A stretch of DNA of 64,000 nucleotides. It comes from Adineta vaga (taxonomy: Eukaryota; Animalia; Rotifera). A model generated the notes under the pieces. The model saw nothing but the letters and a program-made list of their open reading frames with translations, was not told where the DNA came from and did not search any database. Shown here piece by piece: positions 52,145 to 64,000 of this stretch (positions within the stretch are counted from its first letter, which is position 1; each line of letters opens with the position of its first letter). The stretch spans positions 13,454,001 to 13,518,000 of the forward strand of contig CP075494.1 in the NCBI GenBank assembly GCA_021613535.1, given 5' to 3'. The position numbers and the translations under genes were made by a program.

Positions 52145-53850
52145 ATGGCTTCGATTCGTTCGATTAACTCAGCTAAACCGCCTGATCGGTTATTAAATTC
52201 ACGAGTTGCACGAGCATCATCTTCTATTGCATCCCTTTCTCCTAAAAAACTTAGTCTCACAAAAACAACTCCCATTGCTGTAGCAACTACAAAACGAAGA
52301 AAATCTTCCCGAATGTCTTCGAAAAAAACTTTATCAACATCAAAAACATCCCCAGGTCGTCTTGATTTATCATCAACTTTTCCTAGTACTACTACTACTA
52401 CTACTACTACATCACAATCAGATGAAATAGTCAATAAAATGGCATCGACAACAATCAATGATATTCCTAGTCCTAGCAACACCGATTTACTCAGTGCAAC
52501 TTCAACAGCATCCACTATGTTCGAATTCGACAATAGCCTACTAGATAATAGACCAAGTGAAGAACCTCAGTACGATCTTTCTGCTTCAGCTAATCTAAAT
52601 GAAACAATTACATCGACGTCATCTTCAAGAAAGTCTTCAACACAAGATATACAATTTACAATCAATTCATTCGATATTATTCGAACAGTTGGCACGGGTA
52701 CGATTTGTTTTGTTTTTCAATTCAAAATACAAAATATTCTATTTTGATCATGTGTATATAGGAACATTCGGTCGAGTACAACTTGTTTGTCATCGAGAAA
52801 CAAATACATTCTATGCACTAAAACTAATGAGTATACGACAAGTTGTCGAATCAAAACAAGTTGAACATGTTCGAAATGAAAAAAAGATTCTTACAATGAC
52901 TGATCATCCATTTCTTGTACGTCTTCAATGGACAACACATACCAATAGTCTTCTATATCTTCTCTTCGAATATCTACCAGGTGGTGAACTTTTTCAAATG
53001 ATGAGAAAACGCGAAAAATTTGATCCAAAAATAGGAATATTCTATGCAAGTGAAGTTTTACTTGCACTCGATTATCTTCATCATTTAGATATACTTTATC
53101 GAGATTTAAAACCAGTATGTTTTATGGTTTAATTATTTCTCAACTTTTTTATTCTATTAATTCTTAGGAAAACATTATATTGGACATTGAAGGTCATATT
53201 CGTCTGGTCGATTTTGGTTTCGCTAAACAAACTAAAGAACGAACATTCACCCTTTGTGGTACTGTTGATTATCTTGCTCCAGGTTTATTTCATAATTCAA
53301 TTCATCATTCTTTTCTTTTTAAAACATCCTTCCTTTATTTCATAGAAGTTATTCAAAATCGTGGTCATCATAAAGCATCTGATTGGTGGGCATTCGGTAT
53401 ACTAATCTATGAAATGCTTGCTGGTAATGATTTATTATCGAAGGGAAAAAAGAATTGAACTTTAAACAAAAATTTTTTTGTTAATTTCTAGGTTATCCAC
53501 CATTCTATGATAGTGATCAATTTGCAGCATATCAAAAGATTCTTTCAGGCAAAATCGTATTTCCTCGCCATTTCGATTATGCTGCAAAACAACTTCTTCG
53601 TAAATTATTGAATACGGATCAATCTCAACGAATTGGTTCGGCGAAAAATGGTGGTGATGAAATTAAACGTGAACAGTGGTTTGTGGGTATTTCATGGAAT
53701 GATGTTTATGATCGAAAAGTAGAACCACCAATAAAACCTGTAGTTACATCACCAGGTGATGCAACGAATTTCGATTCATACGATGAATGTGACATGAAAC
53801 AATTACCAGCAGCAGCAAGATATGAAGTGCAACTATTTAAAGATTTCTAA
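52145..53850 (+). CDS. PRKX: cAMP-dependent kinase catalytic subunit, PRKX/PKA-C3-like, with Ser/Thr-rich N-terminal extension
   Basis: [78 protein letters not shown]-terminal FKDF. Confidence 0.88.
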
Positions 53851-56043
53851 AGGAATATCAAACAAACATGTTTATATTAGAATGTTCAATGCTGTTTCAT
53901 CATTTTGTTTTTTCATTATTTTTGCACGTTGGTTTTTTCAATATTTCTCGTGAATTTTCTTATTATTTGTCCTTTCGGTGAATGTATATTAATGTAATTC
54001 GTGTCCTAGACAAAAGTATGTGCAGCAAAATAAAAAGAAAACAAACTTTGATAAACCACAAATTGTATAAAAGCATCGATGTTTGCTCTCCCTTTTTCAC
54101 TAGTTATTATTATCATCTATAGAATTATTCATAAAATACATATATACAACTCATTTATATTTATAGGAAGAGTTCCAAATATAGAAAGCTTTGAAAACAA
54201 AATCGTATTATTTCGTTTATTTTTAGCATATGACATTAGTCGGATTTATTTCAAAATAGAAATCTCGAGTTGCATTTTTATTTGATATAAATTGTGAGAA
54301 ATGATGAGAATAGCTTAATGCAAATCAAATCCAATTAATTTTTCTTAGAAATAATTATAACTAATTATGGAAACTTGAAACACAACTACCTTTATCTCTT
54401 ATGTATGACAATGAAAAACGAATAATATGATTGAAGTTTAAATTAGCGTGTTATAATTAGAAATGTACCAACGCATATTTTTTTTATGCTGTTTACGTTA
54501 ACCTACTCAATTTTTTGAAAGAAAAAAAAATATCTTTCGTCGGCGAAAAGCTTCTTACTATTGTCCGATCTAAAATTTATATTAATATCAGGAAATTTTA
54601 TTGTTTATTACCAATAATCATAAAGCTTTATAAAAATTACTACGGAAACGATATTTAGAGTTTATCAATGACACTCTACTTCGTCTTTCAATCAACATCA
54701 TTACACAAGCATCGCTCAAGTAGAGTCATGTCTTGGAATAATTTTATACATTCAATATAATATGTCAAGTTGAAACAATAGTTTGCTTTGAATAACTGAA
54801 TATGAATATTAGAATTAAAATTTAATTGAACGAAACAATTTTTCAATTGTAAACATGTGTGATAACAAAAAAGGTCACATAGTCATCTTTAACAAAGTAT
54901 TTTTACTTAAGTATGAATAGAATATGTTACGATCGTCGTCTTAACTTATAGAAACTTCGATATGTATATGACATGCACTGTTCCTACTGTCGAAATAAAC
55001 TACTTCTTTCTAGTAAAGAATAGCAGGATTCATCTGACAATGACCTTCATTGGTAGCTATTGTACTAAATATTAACTAACAATATTTCTATTTCTATAGA
55101 AATATAATTACACGAGGGCGTTCATATCAAAGTTTGTAGTCATATGAATTTGTTTTTGACTTTATCGTCATCGATTTGATCTGTTTCTGGATAAGATGCA
55201 GATGGAAAAATCACTCCGCTCGTCTATTTTCGACCATTACGAACGATAAATATCTGATAAAAACTAATAAAAAACGAACTTTCATCCAGATGATAGTCAT
55301 ACTAAAGGTCGATCGGAATCAACTTTGTATTATTTTATTTTATAATGTTAGTTAAACAATGCCGCTGAGCTTTGAGTTTCATAATAAATCATAATTTTAG
55401 ATGATAATACGAACAAATGCGTTCTTTTTAGGAAGATGATATGTTTAAAAACAGACATCCCGATCATTATCTTAACGGTGTACGATGCATAGTCAGTTTT
55501 GAACACGATGATTGCCTGTTACAGTAAGTTTGAGTTCAAATAAGGTTATTGAGTTTTTCTATGTCGAAAATGAAAGAATTGAGAGCAAAGCATCCGACTG
55601 ATGCACTTTTATGTCGTGAACGTGTTTTTATTCTATTAAAATTCAGCAAAATATAGTTATTATTTACAAAAATTATACATTAGTCAATATTCATAATGAA
55701 TATGTATGTCGCGAATGCCAAAGTAGACTAAATCGAATAATTTTCTGAAATATTTTATTGAGAAAAAATTTTTTCTATCTTACAATTTTGTAAACACACG
55801 TCGATGTTAGAAACTACTTTAGTCATATTTTCATTGTAAAATATGAAGTTAAGATTTGTTGTGCACACTTTCAAAACAACAATCATGTACTTCGAATTAT
55901 TCACAAAAAATAACCAATTTTCACATCGTACTAGAAACAAAAAGAGGACATTTTCGAAAGTACACATGACATTTTTTGTAAAACAAATACAGAGAAATAA
56001 AATCAACAGAAAAAAAAGAAAGAAATTTTTTTACAAGTAGTGC

Positions 56044-57877
56044 TCAAGGACTGTCTTTTCCTTGTGTGATACCGTTGGTTCCTGATTTTTTCTTTGTAAA
56101 TCGTCGTTTCCTTTCCCATTCAACTGTTTCAATTTGAAGTTTAGTTAATTGTGCTAGTTTGTTTAAAATATCTTGAGGACAATTAGTAAATGGATCAGAA
56201 TATTCAAAAAGATCTAAAGATAAAAATAAATTTCACTTAAAAAATGATTATATATGCAAATTAGTTATGAATTTTTAAATAACTTGAAGATCTTTCGTCT
56301 ATTTCCAATGAAAATAATTCAGCTATTTTCTTACCTTTCGAATTCATTGATTTATCTGTTTGATTACGTGATCTTATATTTTGACTGGTATTTCGTTGTA
56401 ATTGTTGAGATGTCATATATGTGGACGGCATCGTTGTTGTTGATGATTGTCTTGCTGGACGCATTGATGAAGGTATTTGTGATTTAAATCTTTCACTTGT
56501 AATTAATAAACTATTCGTTGCTGTTTCAGCTAATGCTCTTTGTCGAACACTACTACTACTACTACTACTTGTTATTGTACTTCCGTAAGCATAGAGGGAT
56601 GGATTGGATGATGGATGACTTGTTGTACTAGTCGCCATATTAGATAGATCGAGATTGCCTGATGTAATTACAGGCGAATCATGAGTTGTACGACGTTCTT
56701 AAAGAACAAATAGTATACGAATATAAATAGATATGCAAACAACACTTAATGTTAAAAAAGAAGAAAAAAAAAGGAATTTTTTTTCTGTTACTGCTTGCCG
56801 TGTTGGGCGTGTTTTATTTCAACATTTGATGTTGTCAATTCTCTTCTTCTTCTTTTTCACTCGTTTGCATTTGATTACCTTTCGTCAAGTCGTTCTCTTT
56901 TTTTTTCTTTTACAGTAACCAACCTATTTCTTCTGTCCTTCTTTCTTGGATAGAAACGTACTGTAATCAAGACACAAAGAACAAAAATGTGAATGTAGTT
57001 TTTGATTCAATATATATATATATGTTGAACTTAAAAGTTATTAATAGAAATATCGTATGTTGACGTACTTAGTCCCTCTGCTTTATATGTTAAACTTGAT
57101 TTGCATGTAGAAGAAGTAGAAGAAGAATAGTTTAGTGATTGTTTGGAAGGAGGTGGTGTTGAACTACGTGTTGTTGTTGTTGATGATGATGTTCCCAAAG
57201 ATAGAGAGGAATGTTTCATAGATAATCTTAAACCACCATCGTTGTTTTCTTTGGTATCTATTCGTTTAAAAAAATGATACAAGTTCATTTCAATGAATTT
57301 CTCTATTTGTTCACTCACTTTCTTTGGTTAATTTAAAGATAACCATGTGGTCATTAGAAGAATTTGTTTGTTGAATTGATTTTTTATTTAATGGAGTGGA
57401 AATTGTTTTAAATGACGAAACGTATCGTCTTGCAGATGTAGTCACTGTGATAAATGTAGGGTAAAATATAAATTAGATCAGATTGAAAAAGAAACGGAAT
57501 GAAAGCCTTGACTTTTCTTTTTGCTGTATATACCTTGACGAGAAATGTCTATTGATGATTGAGCAATACTTGATGAAAGTGAAGTCGACAATGTAGGTAT
57601 AAATGAATCATCGATCAGATGATTTTTCGGTAATATTAAACGTTCTGGTTTTCTTACTGAAGAAGAATATTGACCTGTTGATGGTCGACGAGCATCATAT
57701 TTCGATGAAAGTCTATGAAAATAAACAGGAATATAATCGATAAGTACTCGAATACTCAAATAACCCTTTATGAACTTCTCTTGTGGTTAATTTGGATAAA
57801 AGTTTTTGCCATTCAACTAAGGGAGTATAAACTGTATTACTCCAAATAAGATTTTCACAACTACTGGTACAAGTCAT
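56044..57877 (-). CDS. Ser/Thr-rich multi-exon protein with C8orf89-like C-terminal motif
   Basis: Last exon DLFEYSDPFTNCPQDILNKLAQLTKLQIETVEWERKRR resembles the remembered C8orf89 motif (Y.DP..G.P...L..L.....L...T...E). Upstream Ser-rich exons lie in ORFs 56261, 57031 and 57478. The start is uncertain. Confidence 0.55.
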
Positions 57878-60297
57878 TTGTATTTTAAAAAAAAGTACCG
57901 TATTATAAAACTCGTACGTGTTTATGCAAACTTTTCTCCTCTCATTGACGGTTGTCTTTCTAAATAATGAAATACTTACAAAAGAGAAAATAAGCTACTT
58001 TAAGTTATTTTTTCATTAAATGTCTTGCTATTTATTATCTTAAGTGATCGATGAGTAGGTTTCACATTTGTTTTCAATAATGAAAATAAAAATAACTGTG
58101 TCAGTAACCACCGTCAGCAGAATAGTTCTCAAATAGAGACGGTCATTACCTAGCATTTGTTCTTTTCATCTAGAATTATAATATGATTTAAGAGTAAGTG
58201 TTTTGATCTAGATTTCAATAGTATAGATACTGCAGTCTGTTGTATGTGTGACATGTGGTTGTTACATGGATGGAACAAAATCTTTCAATTAAAATTTAAT
58301 CAGATTTATTTCGAAATTATTCACTTGCTTCTAAACGTTTATTTCATTAATCTATAGCTAATCTCTTACTTTACGAATAATTAAAATAAATAAAGATGCA
58401 TTATGTCACAATTTTATTAGTTTATTTAGGTACGATTTCGACTTATTCTCGTGATATCAGCTAACTGTTATCTTATCTATAGAAGAGGTTGAAAAGTCTT
58501 TCATTGACGTATGTTATGAATCAAACACTGAGTTAGAAAGTACATTCATAAAATTCGATTGTCTGCTCTCCTAGATTTCCTTTTTCATTTCGACAAAATC
58601 GAACTCACTGATCAATAGTCATTTGTCTAGAGAAAGTAATAGATTTTCCTTGATGTCACACTCCTATCGAAAACTTTCATTGGACTCACTTCGTTGACGA
58701 ATTGAAGACAAAACCAAGGGATGCAGCAAACATTCTTCATACAATTTGTAGATAATTTGTCAATATATTTTTTATTAAAATATCCAAAGTGTTCGATGTA
58801 TAAATGTGGTTTTCAAACAAAAGAATAATATGCCTTCGGTTTATTAAACCTCTGGCATTAAAGAAGAAGAAATAGAAGGAGATTCTCACTTTTATGTTTG
58901 AATTGAAAAGAAATGAATAAAATATGGCATTGATTAAAGAAGGACGTTTCTAACAGAAAAATAGCAAAAGAGACAATATTGTAACCGTTGTTATTGACAT
59001 TCACTGATTCTTCTCCGTCTAGAATGTTTCTTTTTGAAAGCGATTAGTCGAAGTTGTCTTCAACTAATCGGTAAATTCCTTCTTTTGATAAGCGATTAAA
59101 GAGTATGATCAAATTGATAAAAAGATTGACGATTTTATAGGAACTAAAAATATATCTAATAACATTTCTTTTCAAAAGAAAGTAGAGCAGAATAAAAATA
59201 CTTCTTTATTGGTCTTTCTTCTGACATTTGATCAGAATCTTATGTATATATATATATATTTTTACATATAAGTTAAATATTTCATTTATATTAATGTCTA
59301 ACAAACACAGCATTTCAATCCGAGTGATGTTTTTTTTTGCAGAGCAATTCATATAAAAAGACTTGGATGATTCTTTTTTTAAATCAATAATCAGCATAGC
59401 TCATATAGATTGGTGAATTTAGTTGACATAAACACGATTTTAATTTATAACAGAAAATATTTTCCATGTCTATCACTATTCAATGGCACCGAGATCATTA
59501 TAGACAATGCGTAAACTAATACTATATTCTTATTTCTTTTTGTTTGACAATGAAAGAAAGAATTGGATAGACAGACAACAAATATATTTATGAAACACAA
59601 AGTAAAGTGAAGTGAAGTATTAAATGACAAAAGAGTGAAGGTGTCGATGATAGTAACAGTACAAATAGAAGTATTCATGTGATTTCTCAGTCAACGGTAG
59701 TCTAATTTCGATGTTTTTGTTGAAGTCACCTTCAAACTATATATACTCTCTACTTTATGTAACTGCTCGCCGTCAGACAATCTAAATTTAGTTACAAAAT
59801 TTGTAGGATTATTCATAACAACAGAAAATGAGTGTCTGAGTGCGAAACTGTCGTTTTTGAAAGCATATGTTGTTTAATATGAAAAGGAACAGAACAATTA
59901 TATGATTATCAGACTTGAAAATCATAGATGTCGCACATAGTCATATCCTAGTTATCAAAGCTCAAAAGATATGTTTGTTTTTGTTTATTGGTATCGATTG
60001 AAGCGCGATAAAGTCAGTTGGAAGAAAACTGAATGAAATCTATTTTCAATTAATTAATCTATCTATTCGAATATTTGATTTTTCTGGTTAACAATCAAGC
60101 CAATCCAAAATTCCCTCGTATAGAAGAGAATAGAAAGAAAGAAGGAAAGAAAAAGAAAAAAGAGAGATAAACATGATAAATAATAACTTCTATAATTACA
60201 TGTAAGTGAGATGCCAATGTAATTTTCAATAGTTTATTATTAATCTCTCGGAAGAAAAAAACATGTAGTTTAATTGTGCATAAGACAATAAATAGCG

Positions 60298-60783
60298 ATG
60301 GGTAATATGGTAACATCAATACCAACTGCTGTTTCGTTACCAATTTTTGGAGTTGGTTTAACTACACTCTGCTTAAGTTTATGTTTTTGTTGTTATTTAT
60401 GGCGGTAAGTTATTGTGTTTTTTTTGTCAAATAAAAATCTTCCTTATTTATTTGTATATCGCTTTAGACTGAGAAGAGATACATTTCGAGAAAAAGGATA
60501 TCGAAAAGATCAATACATGCGATGTAAAGTTAAAAACTCCGTACGTACTATCCTATAGGATTAAACAAAGAATGCATATAAATCGAATTGTTATCTTTAG
60601 AGTTGTGTGATCTGTTTTGATGATTTTTATGAAGATGAAGAAATTGCCGTTTGTCCGTGTGAACATGCATTTCATAAACGTTGTTTATCACCATGGTTAC
60701 AACAAAATTGTACATGTCCAATGTGTAATATGTGTATCAAACCGGAAATATCTGGTTCTTGTCAATTACCCGATATGCTTTAG
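60298..60783 (+). CDS. Transmembrane RING-H2 E3 ligase, RNF24/RNF122-like, 3 exons
   Basis: Not in the ORF track. Splices to MGNMVTSIPTAVSLPIFGVGLTTLCLSLCFCCYLWRLRR...GY...CVICFDDFYEDEEIAVCPCEHAFHKRCLSPWLQQNCTCPMCN. Confidence 0.88.
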
Positions 60784-61474
60784 ATAGATCTTTTCCTCAA
60801 CTTAGATTATTTGAATAATCTATTTTTCTCTTTAAACCATAAGCATTTTGTCAGTTACAACTGAGAAAAGGAAAGAAACCTACATTCATATATATGTAAA
60901 TACTCAAATGCTTTTTCTATTTTATTACACAAGTCAGTGGAAATCTTCTTTATTGTTGTTATTGTATTTATCTTTAATTTCTAAGAACAGTTTATTTATT
61001 TCAATCTTACTCTCCTATTGACATATGTTCTTTCTATATATATATATGATTTTATTTAATGGTAAAATAAAATGCTCAAATGATTTTCATCCATTGAAAA
61101 GAAAGTGTTTCTATTTTCAAGCAAGTACAAAATTGAAAGCAACATTTAAATGTATAATATTTATTTTACACAGATGACAATATTTTTCAGAAACATAGAC
61201 AAGCGAATGATAATTTATACAGCTGTAAAAAAGATTGTTTTTGTTATCAGGCAAATTTAAACAAAAGTAGTTTCAATTAATTGTATTTATTGAATACATA
61301 AGTCCCTATAGTTCACAATGTTGAAAAAAAAACAATCATTTATTAACTCAATGCATAATTCCTGTATATTATTTAATGTCATATCAAAAAAAAAGTAAAT
61401 TAATAGTATATACAAAATAACCGATTGTCTAATCAAAAAAAATTTAAAAAAAAAAGAAACCTGTATTAGTCATT

Positions 61475-63516
61475 CTACGCAGGACTTTTTTTCACAGGAA
61501 TTTGTTTATTCTTTTGAGCTGAAGATTTTGCTCCTGCAACACGTGGATCTTGCATAAATGTTCTCATATAGGATCGATGGATTTCACGTAATTCATCGCG
61601 TACACGCATACGTGCTTTCGCATCATTCGCTAGGTGTTGACTGAAACAATTGGCAATTAATGGACGAACTTGTGCTTCACTTGGTCGATGATCAAATGAA
61701 GTACGAGATTTATCACGAAGAAATTCACATAAAGCGGGATAACGTGGTATTTGTAAGAGATAAGATTTATCTTTTTTATTTCGTTTGGCTTTTCTTCGAA
61801 TAACTTGTTGTAATGGTAATGGCAAATGATTCATACCACTCTCTTCATCATTACTTTCATCAACTAAAAGAGTCAAAAGAATTATTCAAAGAAAAGAAAA
61901 AGCCTCTCCGGATATTATTAGCTATTGTTCTATTATAATATCTACAGATAGACAAAAAATTGCATAGACATATCCGTTTTTTGTAGAGATACGTGGGTTA
62001 TATATTAAGTCATGACTATCAAGTTTAGCTGTTGCTATTATCGTATAAGAAATATGATTATGAAGAATCTATTTTCAATATTTACGCAGGGATGAAAGAA
62101 AATAAGATACTAAAATGCCTACGGCATCTTGACTTCCAAGTACTTTTCTAGCAAGCCCTTGACAAAAAAGAAAAATCTTTTCTACTATACAGGAGAAAAC
62201 TTTTGTTGTTCATCTAGTTAGTAGTGTTTTTTTTTATCAACAGAATATTAAACATGGATAATATAAGTCATAAACTTTAAAATAAACAACTTTGAAGAAC
62301 AAAAGTTTCTTTTTGTTCCGAGTAATTCTATTTTCAGATGTGTTGTAACACTTGTTATGTATTCTACGAATGCAAATGATATTTTAGGTGATTCTTCTGT
62401 CATATATTCAAAGCAGAAACTAAAGATTGATATGAAATTTGCTTTTTTCCGCGAAAGAACTGAGACGAGGAATAGAAACTCACCTTGTGCTGCCCATGAC
62501 CATAGTACTGCCATATCTAAATGAAATATAGAGATTTTTCTTATATTTCATTGATTAGCAACAAAAGAGTCTGAGAAAATGAGATTTTTTTATTCCCTAT
62601 TCTATTGATACATAAATGTAGCTTGCATCGTCCTGACTATACGAGTAATTTTTATAGTGCATACAGAAGATTATCAACATCAAGATGTTTTTTCGGCTCA
62701 TGAATAAAATGTATATAAATATCGGTATATTTACCTTCTTCTTCACTTCCATCACCTGATTCACTATTCTTTTTCGGTGTTGTTTTGCGTCGATTTCTGG
62801 TCGTATCCATGGATTTACCATCTTCGTCATCCTCATCATCATCATCATCATCATCAAATTCATTACCTAATGTGAATATTTGCAATATTTTTGTATTACT
62901 AAATTAATTCTAAACTTACGAACAAATCGACTATCGTTAACATCAAAATTTTGTGTATCTTCGATATCAGATATAATAAAAGCTAAAAAGATGAACAATT
63001 GATAAAGAAAACAAATGAATTGATCGATAAATTTCAAAACTAACGATTAGGTTTTTTGCTTCGTGTTATAACAGAATCGGTAGTTGATGATGTTAAAATT
63101 AAATCTTTTCTTTGTTTATAATCGTCATCGTTGTCTTCATGATCGTCAATGTCCTCAGATGATTCATCACTTTTATCGTCATTGACTACTTCCGCGTTAT
63201 TTTCCGACTGCATCGTACATTTACAACCAATACAATGATGATGATTAAATTGTTCTTTTAATTTTCTATTCACATCCTGTAATTGTTTATATTTTCGATA
63301 GATTTGATTGATATATTTCTCATTGATTTCATTGTATGCATTAATAATTTCATCAGTTAGTTCATATAGTTCTTCGATACGTTTACGTGCTTTCACATCG
63401 ATTGATTTCGAAGCTAAAGACATAGAAATCTATAAATAAATAAGTGAGATCTAATAAAATACACCACCTGATAGAGTAGCAGACGACAATCGTTTTGGAC
63501 TCGTACGTTTTCCCAT
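61475..63516 (-). CDS. Uncharacterised acidic/coiled-coil nuclear-type protein, multi-exon
   Basis: Start MGKRTSPKR; coiled-coil exon (63040-63423); Asp/Glu-rich exons; basic helical last exon (61475-61863). The phase-1 junction 62735/61863 keeps the frame. Confidence 0.55.
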
Positions 63517-64000
63517 AGTATGATTCTATTCAAATGAATTCAAATGTCAACAAATATCTTTGTGTGAGATTGTCGACAGATGCCACTGTAGTTTGCTAAC
63601 GATATTTCAAACAATGATGTATTGTTATTGAACAAAAACTTAAATTTTAATTTTAAAGAGAATTTTTTTTTTAATTTTATTTTTGATTTATTATGTTGAT
63701 ATGACAACAGAATGATCTGCGAAAAGACATGATGGCGCTTTTTGATCGTCTTCATCTTTTATAAACCGCAAAATGAAGTATCAAGTAAGATGTGAAAAAA
63801 GATGCAGCGAAACGAAGCTTTTCTTATGGACATTTAGACTGAATATCAACGAAACTATCAAAAACGAACACCGAGAAAATTTCATGAACTTCCAATTGAA
63901 GAGAGAAAATTAAGCGAAGGTTTTTCTTCTAACTTATTTTTATGTGATTTTATTATTCTCTATTATCAGTATCGGCTCGACGTTCGGCATCATCACCATC

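Noticed and set aside
55111-55620. Mariner/Tc1 remnant (cacgagggcgttc start, broken coding-like text)
   Set aside because: I found no matching second TIR or recognisable DDD/E motif.

Overview
Eukaryotic, very AT-rich, gene-dense window with many short (~48-65 nt) GT-AG introns. The intron size, the B-box/coiled-coil family genes and several foreign-looking genes point to a bdelloid rotifer (inference, not proven). I spliced the ORF fragments by hand into about 22 gene models. Conserved animal genes: Bax inhibitor-1, an Mps1/TTK-like kinase, Vang/Strabismus, ZNF593/Bud20, TDP-43, two UBASH3/Sts-type histidine phosphatases, an atypical soluble guanylyl cyclase, LRRIQ3, PRKX-like kinase, a C8orf89-like gene and an RNF24/122-like RING-H2 gene. 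Most unusual: (1) a five-exon gene for a secreted fusion of a bacterial YbaY/YscW-like domain with an intact MsrB methionine sulfoxide reductase; (2) a secreted 4x hevein + DPBB protein of plant/fungal architecture; (3) a STELLO/DUF288 fusion gene head-to-head with an intronless GT-A-like gene, next to two duplicated Tyr/Gly/Thr-rich secreted proteins; (4) two B-box/coiled-coil paralogs carrying an unrecognised CPL..C..HxxxxH repeat. The window also has an intact 397-bp hAT-type MITE and a 93-bp minisatellite. All family calls come from remembered motifs; no searches were run.
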